Source: Chlamydiales bacterium
Lineage (GTDB): Bacteria > Chlamydiota > Chlamydiia > Chlamydiales > SM23-39
DNA: 32,000 nt
Reading direction: 5' to 3'
Assembly (NCBI GenBank): GCA_965261025.1
Contig: OZ253438.1
Location: forward strand, 1,320,001 to 1,352,000
Position 1 is the first letter of the stretch; every line of letters begins with the position of its first letter. Positions 1 through 7,244 of the stretch are shown here, in pieces. The notes below the pieces were generated by a model, which made no database searches, had not been told where the DNA came from, and was given only the letters and a program-made list of their open reading frames with translations. Made by a program: the position numbers and the translations under genes.

Positions 1-71
1 AGATCAATATCTATGATATCGTTTTTAACTACGCGGTGCTGCTTGCTGCCCGATTTGATGATTGCGTACAT
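1..71 (-). CDS. rplU: 50S ribosomal protein L21, N-terminal part (runs off window edge)
   Basis: The minus strand from ATG (complement of 69-71) reads MYAIIKSGSKQHRVVKNDIIDID, the canonical L21 N-terminus. A GGGAGG Shine-Dalgarno lies 6 nt upstream. It is absent from the ORF track because no stop lies in the window. Confidence 0.7.
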   Translation of the reverse strand, partial: MYAIIKSGSKQHRVVKNDIIDID

Positions 72-123
72 TGCCTGCCTCCCATTAGAGGCCCTCCATG
101 ATAGCGAAAAGTCTTTGCTAAAG

Positions 124-951
124 TCAATAAGGCTCTCTTTTTCTTTCTATAAACTTTTTTTTACCTAATAGGACAGTAAGATAAAAAAAAGAGCAGACAA
201 GAGCAATGGTTGCTCCCACGGGAAGATCGAGATAGAAAGAAAAAACTAGGCCCAAAAAAGAAAAAGCCATAGAAAAAAGAGAGGAAAGTCCCATCATAGT
301 AGGAAGTTTTTTGGTAAAAAAAGAAGCCGTCATGGGAGGGAGTGTTAAAAGAGCCATCACTAAAATAATCCCTATAATCTGAATTAAGATTACGATGGAT
401 AAAGCCACTAAAGTTAGCAAAAAAAGAGAAAGGCTTTTTACAGGAATTTTTTGTAGTTTTGCTTCTTCTTCATCGAGAGAAAGAAGGAGAAAAGGACTAT
501 AGAAAAGGCTTATCGAGAAGAGAAGAAAAACATCTAAAAAAAAAAGTTGCCATAAGTCTTTAGAAGAGATCCATAAAATGTTGCCAAATAAAAAGTGGCT
601 CAACTCTACATTGTATCCAGGAGTGAGCGAGATAAAAATTACCCCTATGGCCATACCAGTAGACCAGATAGAGGCTATAATGGCGTCTTTTCTTTGCTTG
701 TATTTCAAGTGTATCCATCCCATCAAAAGAGCCGATAAAATAGCCGCTAAAAAAGCCCCATAAATAGGCTCTAAAAAGGAAAAAGAAAAAGTTCTGGAAA
801 GATACAAAAAAAGCCCCATCCCACCCAAAACAGAGTGAGCTATACTTCCACTTAAAAAAGCCATTCTTTTAATCACAACATAAGAGCCTAAAACTCCACT
901 TGCTAGAGAGGCTAAAACAGAGGCTAAAAAGGTTACAAGAAATACACTCAT
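124..951 (-). CDS. metal (Zn/Mn/Fe) ABC transporter permease, ABC-3 family (ZnuB/MntB/TroD/YtgD-like)
   Basis: The 275-aa protein is highly hydrophobic and multi-spanning. Its ATGA start overlaps the upstream ATPase stop, and it is the third gene of an SBP-ATPase-permease operon. Confidence 0.85.
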   Translation of the reverse strand: MSVFLVTFLASVLASLASGVLGSYVVIKRMAFLSGSIAHSVLGGMGLFLYLSRTFSFSFLEPIYGAFLAAILSALLMGWIHLKYKQRKDAIIASIWSTGMAIGVIFISLTPGYNVELSHFLFGNILWISSKDLWQLFFLDVFLLFSISLFYSPFLLLSLDEEEAKLQKIPVKSLSLFLLTLVALSIVILIQIIGIILVMALLTLPPMTASFFTKKLPTMMGLSSLFSMAFSFLGLVFSFYLDLPVGATIALVCSFFYLTVLLGKKKFIERKREPY

Positions 952-1646
952 TTTCCCTTATCTCCTAAAGGGTGATACAGCCCTAAAGTAAAATGTTTGC
1001 ATAAACTTTCTTTAGAAAGGGAGGTAACTTTTTTATTTATACACAAAAAAGTCTCTAGGTAATCTATTGCTGTTTTCCAGTCATGAGTGATAACTAAGAT
1101 GGTCTTTTTCCCCTTGAGGCTTTCTAAGAGTTGGAAGATTTCTTTTTTTGCAGAAAAGTCAACATTGGCAGTAGGTTCATCGAGTAAGAGGATGTCAGGA
1201 TCAGCAAGTAGAGCTCTTGCCAAAAGAGCCTTTTGAAATACTCCCCCAGATAAAGAGCCTAAAAGGTGGTTTTCGTAATCTCCTAATTGCAGGATACGTA
1301 AGAGCTCTTTTGCTCTTTTCTTTATAAAGAGAGGATATCTACCAAACCATTTTGAGAGAAAAGTGGCTCCCGTTAAAATAAAATCAAAAGTAGTAATAGG
1401 AAAATCCTTATCCAAACGCAGATTTTGAGGAACATAGCCTACTTTTAAAGAGGGGGGTAAAAAAAAATCTCCTGAAGAAGGAGATAAAAGTTGGGCTATT
1501 AAACGGAGAAAAGTAGTTTTTCCTCCTCCGTTGGGACCTATAACTCCTATGAAAGAGCCTTTTTCTACCTTTAGGTTAACCTCTTCTAGGGCAGGAGGGT
1601 TATTTTCATAAGAATAAAAAACTTGATGGAAGGAAAAGGCACTCAT
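948..1646 (-). CDS. metal ABC transporter ATP-binding protein (ZnuC/MntA/YtgB-like)
   Basis: It has Walker A GPNGGGKTT, ABC signature LSGGVFQ, Walker B LLLDEPT and H-loop ITHD. ATGA overlaps occur on both sides. Confidence 0.9.
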   Translation of the reverse strand: MSAFSFHQVFYSYENNPPALEEVNLKVEKGSFIGVIGPNGGGKTTFLRLIAQLLSPSSGDFFLPPSLKVGYVPQNLRLDKDFPITTFDFILTGATFLSKWFGRYPLFIKKRAKELLRILQLGDYENHLLGSLSGGVFQKALLARALLADPDILLLDEPTANVDFSAKKEIFQLLESLKGKKTILVITHDWKTAIDYLETFLCINKKVTSLSKESLCKHFTLGLYHPLGDKGK

Positions 1647-2485
1647 AGTTTGCTCAAAGTTTTACTAAAATCTTCCATCATTTCTAGATAGTTTTCACTA
1701 TAAGGATTGATTTCCTCTATAGGAATTTCCAGCTTTTGAGCAATGTAAAGAGCTCCCTTACTGGGGTGTTGCGGCATAGTCACTACCAAAGCGGGCTTTT
1801 CTTGTTTTAATTTGGATAAAAGGGTAATTATTTGTTTTAAAGAAAGCTCCTTTCCTTCCCATTCCAAGGAAAGCTGTAAAAAATGATAGTCGTGACAAAA
1901 ATAGCCAAGAGCAGGATGGGAAGCTAAAAGCACTCTTCGAGAAATAAAAGACGTTCTCTCCCGAATTTTTTGATCCAACTTTTCTAATTTTAGTAACAGA
2001 GCTGCTAAATTTTTTTCGAAAAAGGAAGCTTTTTCCGGAAATAAGAAGGAAAGAGTTTGCGTAATTTTTTTTGCTTGTTCCGCAAAAAGTTTTGGACTCA
2101 TCCATATGTGAAGATCTTCCGTATTAGGAGATGGATTTTCCGTGTCCTGAGCATAGGATAATAAAGGAAGGCCTTTTCGAAGATCTTCTAGAATGATTCT
2201 AGGGAAACGTTCCTTTAAAGAAGAAGAAAGCCTCTTTTCAAAAGGCTCCCCTATTTGAAACCAAACCACCACGGATTCTAAAGAGCGAAAAGAATCGGGA
2301 GAGGGTTCGTAAAAATGGCTATTGGCTCTAGAAGGGACTATAGAGTGAACAGAAAAAATTTCTTTTACAATTTGTCCTACCAAAAATTGGTAAGGAGGAA
2401 TGCTTACTAAAATTTCCTTTCTTTCCTTTTTATGAGAGGAAGAGCAACTAAAAAAAAGAGAAATAAGAAGAAAAAAAAGCCTCAT
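1643..2485 (-). CDS. metal-binding periplasmic solute-binding lipoprotein, cluster A-I (ZnuA/TroA/YtgA-like)
   Basis: The signal peptide has the lipobox-like LFFSC. Its 280-aa size and first position in the operon fit a TroA-like SBP. His/Glu/Asp-containing segments (SHFYEP, LHIW, HPALGYF) are typical of this fold. Confidence 0.8.
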   Translation of the reverse strand: MRLFFLLISLFFSCSSSHKKERKEILVSIPPYQFLVGQIVKEIFSVHSIVPSRANSHFYEPSPDSFRSLESVVVWFQIGEPFEKRLSSSLKERFPRIILEDLRKGLPLLSYAQDTENPSPNTEDLHIWMSPKLFAEQAKKITQTLSFLFPEKASFFEKNLAALLLKLEKLDQKIRERTSFISRRVLLASHPALGYFCHDYHFLQLSLEWEGKELSLKQIITLLSKLKQEKPALVVTMPQHPSKGALYIAQKLEIPIEEINPYSENYLEMMEDFSKTLSKL

Positions 2486-2526
2486 ACCGAGTCGATCTTA
2501 CCTAGACCTGCTCATATTTGGCAAGA

Positions 2527-3363
2527 TTAGGAATAGTTGTGGCAGGTGAGGAAGTCAAACTCTTTTTTACGATATTTTTTCTGTTTCTTCAAAGAAGAGA
2601 CATTTTTCCACTTAAGCTCTCTCAAATGAGCCTGGGTAGTGGAGGAAAATACGAAGTGGAAATAGATCTCATACTCTGAAAAAGGAGCCCCTTCTAATAG
2701 GGAAGGATCAGCAGAACGGCAAAAGGCACGCCAAGTCTCACAGTTATGTTCTCGCTCTATCTGTTGCATGAGATCTTCTAAAATAGGTCTTTGAAATAGC
2801 ATATGATGACAAATTCCAGAACGGCTGGAAAAAGCCCTTTCAAAAGAGGGAAGCAGCCTTTTGGCGTGTTTGAAATAAGGGGGATAATACTCCTTTCCCC
2901 AAGCAAATAAAGGCTCTCCTGAATCTGTAATAAAGGAAGTTCGTTGTAAAAAAACCGTATCAGCGTCCAAAACCAAAACGTTGGAGGAAATCCCGGGGAT
3001 GGTAAAAGCCGCATAGAGCTTTAAAAGCTGTTGGTACATCCATCCCATCCGGCTTAAAGAAAAGCGTTTCCCTTCCTGTTTCAGGTTAGAAAATTCTTCT
3101 ATGAGATCTTGCTTTTGAAAAGGAAAGGAAGTCTCGTTTATCCAAATAGCCTCTTCTGTCATTTTCTCTTTAGAGATAACAAAGATATTTCTTATGTGAT
3201 TGCCATTAGCACGGATTCCCCGAATACAGGAGCTCAAAATTCCCGCATCCTTAGGATGGCAAGGAATAACTACATCGATAGGCTCTGGAGAGAGAAGGTA
3301 GTGCTTGTTCGGTTCTGCAAAAACAAAACAGACAGAAAATAAGAAAAGTACAATCTTTTTCAT
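2527..3363 (-). CDS. signal-peptide/anchor-bearing GT-A-like nucleotide-sugar transferase candidate (DXD motif)
   Basis: The N-terminal hydrophobic segment is MKKIVLFLFSVCFVFA. IDVVIPCHPKD resembles the start of a GT-A Rossmann-like fold, and VLVLDADTVF is a DXD motif. No family can be named without a search. Confidence 0.4.
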   Translation of the reverse strand: MKKIVLFLFSVCFVFAEPNKHYLLSPEPIDVVIPCHPKDAGILSSCIRGIRANGNHIRNIFVISKEKMTEEAIWINETSFPFQKQDLIEEFSNLKQEGKRFSLSRMGWMYQQLLKLYAAFTIPGISSNVLVLDADTVFLQRTSFITDSGEPLFAWGKEYYPPYFKHAKRLLPSFERAFSSRSGICHHMLFQRPILEDLMQQIEREHNCETWRAFCRSADPSLLEGAPFSEYEIYFHFVFSSTTQAHLRELKWKNVSSLKKQKKYRKKEFDFLTCHNYS

Positions 3364-3417
3364 AAGAGTTGGTAGTTTGTTCTTTTTTTTCTCTTTTTAG
3401 CAAGCCTTTTTTGTATC

Positions 3418-3446
3418 TTGTCAGTTAGTGAGATTTCTTCTACACT
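3418..3446 (+). promoter_or_regulatory. candidate sigma70-type promoter for tRNA-Ser (TTGTCA-17 nt-TACACT)
   Basis: The -35 TTGTCA (3418-3423) is followed by a 17-nt spacer and the -10 TACACT (3441-3446). The -10 ends 14 nt before the mature tRNA 5' end. Confidence 0.3.
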
Positions 3447-3460
3447 CTCCTTAGTTTTCC

Positions 3461-3548
3461 GGAGGGGTGTCCGAGCGGCCGAAGGAGCACGCTTGGAAAG
3501 CGTGTATACACTAATCCTGTATCGTGGGTTCGAATCCCACTCCCTCCG
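3461..3548 (+). tRNA. tRNA-Ser (anticodon GGA), class II with long variable arm; CCA not encoded
   Basis: The acceptor stem GGAGGGG pairs with TCCCTCC (one G:U). It has a D-loop GAGCGG, an anticodon loop TTGGAAA giving GGA, a long variable arm and a T-arm GTGGG-TTCGAAT-CCCAC with discriminator G. Confidence 0.9.
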
Positions 3549-3598
3549 TAATTTTCTCTATCTATCTAAATAGAAAAAAGTTATTTGAACATTCTCCC

Positions 3599-3645
3599 AT
3601 CCTGCAATTTTTGAGTTGCAGGATTTTGCAGGATTTTGCAGGATT
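3599..3645. repeat. repeat array: inverted copy ATCCTGCAA (3599-3607), 8-nt spacer, then three perfect tandem copies of TTGCAGGATT (3616-3645); candidate operator
   Basis: Read directly from the sequence. The 10-bp period equals one helical turn, and the array lies 22 nt upstream of the ATG of the HTH-containing gene at 3668. Confidence 0.6.
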
Positions 3646-3667
3646 GATAGAAAGAGAGTCTTATTTT

Positions 3668-5044
3668 ATGAAAGTTGAAGAACTTCTAAAGAGACCAGAA
3701 TCTAAAACATTAGAGTTCAAAAGAGACATATCTTCTCTGGGGCCTATACTAAAAACCGTTATTGCCTTTGCGAATACAGCTGGTGGGACATTAGTCATTG
3801 GTATATCTCCCAATGGAGAACTATTAGGGGTAAAAGATATTTTTCAAACAGAGGAGAAAATTGCAAATTCTATTGCAGATAACATTCGTCCACAAATTCT
3901 TCCTGATATTGAAATTTCTACTGTAAAAGGAAAGGACCTTCTAGTAATCAAGGTAGCTCACTGGAGGGCTCCTTTTTACTTAAAAAAAGAGGGTTTTCCA
4001 AATGGAGTTTATATTCGATTAGGTACAACTAGTCGACCTGCGGGCACTGAATTATTGCGAGAGCTTCAAAGATCTGTTCTTACTGCTTCATTTGACCAAC
4101 AACCGGTTAACGATACGGATAAGCATGATTTAAATAGGGCTCAGATTATTAAATCTTTTGAATTGGTAGATAAAAAGATCAACGAGCAGAAATTGCGTTC
4201 CATGGGGGTGCTTGTTCCGCTGGGCCAGAAATTAGTTCCATCGATTGGAGGGCTAATTCTTTTTGGAAAAAAACAACTACGAAAAATTATGTTCCCTGAG
4301 TCCCGAGTTAGCTGTGCGCGTTTTCTAGGCAATACAAAAACAGATATACTAGATCAATACGAAGTGGAAGGCACACTTGTTGATGCAGTTGAAGAAGTAC
4401 CCAAGTTTATTGCAAGAAATACCAGGCAAATGGCTGAAATCAAAGAAATCCGCCGTAAAAATATTCCTGAGTATTCTCCAATAGCAATCAGAGAAGCTCT
4501 CATCAATGCACTTGCTCATGCAGACTATTCTTTAAGTGGGTCCCATATTCAAATTGCAATTTTTGATGATCGATTAGAAATTCAAAATCCTGGGATGTTT
4601 CCTTTTGGATTTACTTTTGAGGATTTGAAATCGGGAGTAAGTCGCATTAGGAATAAAGCTATAGTAAGAGTATTTCATGAATTGCAGCTTATGGAAGAAT
4701 GGGGAAGTGGCTATAAGAGAATTATCGAATCCTGTGAAAAAGGGGGATATCCAGACCCTAAATGGGAAGAATTGGGAACGAACATTAGGGTTACTTTTTA
4801 TCCTTTTTCTCAGGCCTTGCTTGAGATAAAGAAAGAAAAAAAGAAGAGGGAGCTTACATTGAGAGAAAAGACGATTCTCGCTCTTTTTAAAAACAAAAAA
4901 AGTCTATCTTTTCGTGAAATTTTCAATAATATATCGCCGAAGGTGTCAGAGAGAATGCTCAGATATGATCTGGCTCAACTTAAAATAAAAGAATTCTTAA
5001 GGCCAATTGGTAGAGGTAGAGCCACTATATGGAAAAAAATCTAA
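3668..5044 (+). CDS. AlbA_2 (Schlafen-like, 'divergent AAA') + HATPase_c_4 + C-terminal winged-HTH protein; putative ATP-binding transcriptional regulator of unknown role
   Basis: The N-terminus ESKTLEFKRDISS...IAFANTAGGTLVIGI is the typical AlbA_2 signature. The middle region REALINALAHADYS...IFDDRLEIQNPG matches the RecG-C-terminal-like HATPase_c_4. The C-terminal LREKTILALF...LSFREI...RMLRYDLAQL looks like a wHTH. I start it at ATG 3668 because the track's longer ORF overlaps the tRNA. Confidence 0.75.
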   Translation: MKVEELLKRPESKTLEFKRDISSLGPILKTVIAFANTAGGTLVIGISPNGELLGVKDIFQTEEKIANSIADNIRPQILPDIEISTVKGKDLLVIKVAHWRAPFYLKKEGFPNGVYIRLGTTSRPAGTELLRELQRSVLTASFDQQPVNDTDKHDLNRAQIIKSFELVDKKINEQKLRSMGVLVPLGQKLVPSIGGLILFGKKQLRKIMFPESRVSCARFLGNTKTDILDQYEVEGTLVDAVEEVPKFIARNTRQMAEIKEIRRKNIPEYSPIAIREALINALAHADYSLSGSHIQIAIFDDRLEIQNPGMFPFGFTFEDLKSGVSRIRNKAIVRVFHELQLMEEWGSGYKRIIESCEKGGYPDPKWEELGTNIRVTFYPFSQALLEIKKEKKKRELTLREKTILALFKNKKSLSFREIFNNISPKVSERMLRYDLAQLKIKEFLRPIGRGRATIWKKI

Positions 5045-5223
5045 CATATTTAGCTGTAGGATTTTTGGAAAGGCGCCACTCAGAAAGAAGCAAGGGAATA
5101 CCCTCGTTACGGAATTTTCCTTAAGATTTAAGTTCAAATAGCCCCTAAAAAATCGATTCACAAAAAATCAGTAAAAGAATAAATAAGCTAGTTTTGGACA
5201 GGTTTGTGCAAAAGAGGTGTTTA

Positions 5224-5694
5224 ATGAAATGTCCATTTTGCGGATATCGAGAAAATAAAGTAACCGACTCTAGAAACGCAGGGGAAGTCAATGCAATACG
5301 AAGAAGAAGAGAGTGCCTTCAATGTTTGAAGCGTTTTACTACTTTTGAAACGGTAGATCTTTGTTTGCAGGTAAAAAAAAGAGATGGAACCTATGAGGAT
5401 TTTGAACAGAATAAGCTTATAAAAGGGTTAGAAGCAGCCTGCAGGCATACGAAAATTAGTCACGATAGGGTGGGGGAAATTGCCTACCATATTATGAAGG
5501 ACCTAATGGATAGACAGCTTAGGGAAATCTCCACGGTAGAGCTAGGGGATCTAGCTATGAAAGAGCTACAGAAAACCGATGTAATTGCCTATATTCGGTT
5601 TGCTTGTGTGTATAAACGGTTTAAAGAAGTAGATGAGCTCATGGATGCAATACAGGGCATTGTCTTAGAAGAAAATATAAAACAAGGAAGTTAG
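5224..5694 (+). CDS. nrdR: transcriptional repressor NrdR (Zn-ribbon + ATP-cone)
   Basis: MKCPFCGYRENKVTDSRN...RRRRECLQCLKRFTTFE is the canonical NrdR Zn-ribbon, and an ATP-cone follows. Confidence 0.9.
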   Translation: MKCPFCGYRENKVTDSRNAGEVNAIRRRRECLQCLKRFTTFETVDLCLQVKKRDGTYEDFEQNKLIKGLEAACRHTKISHDRVGEIAYHIMKDLMDRQLREISTVELGDLAMKELQKTDVIAYIRFACVYKRFKEVDELMDAIQGIVLEENIKQGS

Positions 5695-5695
5695 T

Positions 5696-6064
5696 ATGGC
5701 ACTTACCAAGCAAGAAATAGAGAAGTTTAAAAAAATTTTATTAGAGTCTAGAGCTCATATTTTGCACTCCATTAAAGGAACTCAAGAGGATGTAAAAGAT
5801 GCGGATGAATCGAAGGGATATTCACAACACCAGGCAGACGAGGGAACAGATGACTTTGGCAAAACTATCATTTTAGAAGTGGCCAACAAAGGATACTCCG
5901 TTTTGAAGCAGATTGAAAAAGCTTTGACTAGGATAGAAGAAGGAACGTATGGAACTTGTGAGCTAACGGGTAAAGAAATTCCTAAGGCTAGGCTGGAAGC
6001 AATTCCCTATGCTACTATGACTGTAGAAGCACAACAAAAGCTAGAAAGAGGGGAATTTGAATGA
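5696..6064 (+). CDS. dksA: DksA/TraR-family protein with degenerate zinc finger
   Basis: The coiled-coil region and the C-terminal RIEEGTYGTCELTGKEIPKARLEAIPYATMTVEAQ align with the DksA zinc-finger region. An AAGGAAG SD precedes it, and it sits between nrdR and lspA as in Chlamydia (from memory). Confidence 0.8.
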   Translation: MALTKQEIEKFKKILLESRAHILHSIKGTQEDVKDADESKGYSQHQADEGTDDFGKTIILEVANKGYSVLKQIEKALTRIEEGTYGTCELTGKEIPKARLEAIPYATMTVEAQQKLERGEFE

Positions 6065-6576
6065 GGAATAAGGGAAGGAGGGTATTTCTTTTATTTTTTT
6101 TTCTTCTTTCCTTTGATCAAGCTATTAAATTTTTCACGTTTCGTCATATTCCTTTAATGAACTGGAGTCACGTTTCCTACCCTTATGGGGGAATTGGGAT
6201 TTTTCAGGACGTGGGAGGAGTCAGTTTTTCTTTGAACCAGGTTCAAAACCTAGGAGCTGCTTGGGGGCTTTTTGCTGAGTACTCGAAGCAGCTTTTTTGG
6301 CTCCGAGCTCTTTTTGTTTGTCTACTTTTCCTTTACTGGTTTTTTTCTTCCCAGCCCCTTTTCAAAAAAAGAGCCTTTTTTTTGATTTTAGTCGGGGCAA
6401 GTGGAAATGTAATGGATTTTTTCCTTTATGGACATGTAATCGATATGTTTCATTTCAACTTATGGGGATATACCTTTCCGGTCTTTAATCTAGCAGACAG
6501 CTTTATTTGCATAGGGGTGGCCTTTTTATTTTTCGCCTCTTTTCAGAAGAAAATGAAAAAACAAAAAGCTTTGTAA
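6061..6576 (+). CDS. lspA: lipoprotein signal peptidase II
   Basis: It is a four-TM protein with NxGAAWG-like (NLGAAWG), GNVMD and FNLADSFICIGV motifs typical of LspA. Its start is an ATGA overlap with dksA. Confidence 0.85.
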   Translation: MRNKGRRVFLLFFFLLSFDQAIKFFTFRHIPLMNWSHVSYPYGGIGIFQDVGGVSFSLNQVQNLGAAWGLFAEYSKQLFWLRALFVCLLFLYWFFSSQPLFKKRAFFLILVGASGNVMDFFLYGHVIDMFHFNLWGYTFPVFNLADSFICIGVAFLFFASFQKKMKKQKAL

Positions 6577-7244
6577 TGCTTACCTTTCATCCTTTGCCTA
6601 ATCCTATTTTTAGTGCTTCTAGGTGGAGCGAGATTTCTGTTTTATTTTCAGAACAAGATTGGGAATTCATTGTACCTTTGATAGCAAAAGCTTTTCTTTT
6701 CTCTGTAAAAAATCCCGTTTCTGAACCTTTTGAAGTTTCTAAAGAAGCTTTGCAAGAGGGATATAAAAAAGCTTTAACGTCTTTAAAAGAACACAGAGAA
6801 GACTTTTCTTCTTGGACCTCTCTTTTACCCGTTGCTGCTACCTTGGATAAGGAGGCTTTTTTTTTCGTGCGAGCCCCTTCTGGAAAAACATTAATCCAAA
6901 CAAGAAAGCCTGCTGTTTTTTTAACTCCCTTTTTTTTTCATTACTCCTCTTTAGATCAAACGTTTCGTTCCAAGGTTTTAGGTAAGGAAAAAATCTTTTG
7001 GGGGATGCAGTTTTCTTTCCCTTACATCTACTTTGATCCTCTTTTGAAGGAGATAAAAAAAGTGAATCCTCAAGAAGAAAAAAATGGAGCTTTCTTCTTA
7101 GAACTTCGAAAGCAAGTTCGAGCCCTTACCAAAAAAGCTTCTTTTTCTATGGGTAAAGGGGGAGATTTTCGTAGAAGCGAAAAGGGACTGGAGGCAATTT
7201 TTCCCCACTTTCAATTAGAGAAAAAGGGAATCTATGTACATTGA
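6576..7244 (+). CDS. hypothetical protein (no recognisable motif)
   Basis: The 222-aa ORF starts in a TAATG overlap with the lspA stop and overlaps the cinA start by 11 nt. Its coding-like composition matches its neighbours. Confidence 0.5.
   Translation: MLTFHPLPNPIFSASRWSEISVLFSEQDWEFIVPLIAKAFLFSVKNPVSEPFEVSKEALQEGYKKALTSLKEHREDFSSWTSLLPVAATLDKEAFFFVRAPSGKTLIQTRKPAVFLTPFFFHYSSLDQTFRSKVLGKEKIFWGMQFSFPYIYFDPLLKEIKKVNPQEEKNGAFFLELRKQVRALTKKASFSMGKGGDFRRSEKGLEAIFPHFQLEKKGIYVH

Noticed and set aside
578-3342. Short nested ORFs in the ABC operon and GT-like gene (578-763, 1758-2105, 2778-3014, 3109-3342)
   Set aside because: Each lies wholly within a longer ORF that has clear family motifs or a signal peptide. 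None has independent evidence.
3524-3667. N-terminal extension of the track ORF 3524..5044 (MGSNPTPSVIF...)
   Set aside because: It overlaps the 3' end of tRNA-Ser and reads through the repeat array. The conserved AlbA_2 domain begins right after ATG 3668, so the extension is an artefact of the open frame.
3461-5223. Integrated mobile element or prophage at tRNA-Ser
   Set aside because: There is no integrase, no excisionase and no direct repeat of the tRNA 3' end downstream. Only one cargo gene is present. I kept it as a 'cassette' observation, not as a mobile-element call.
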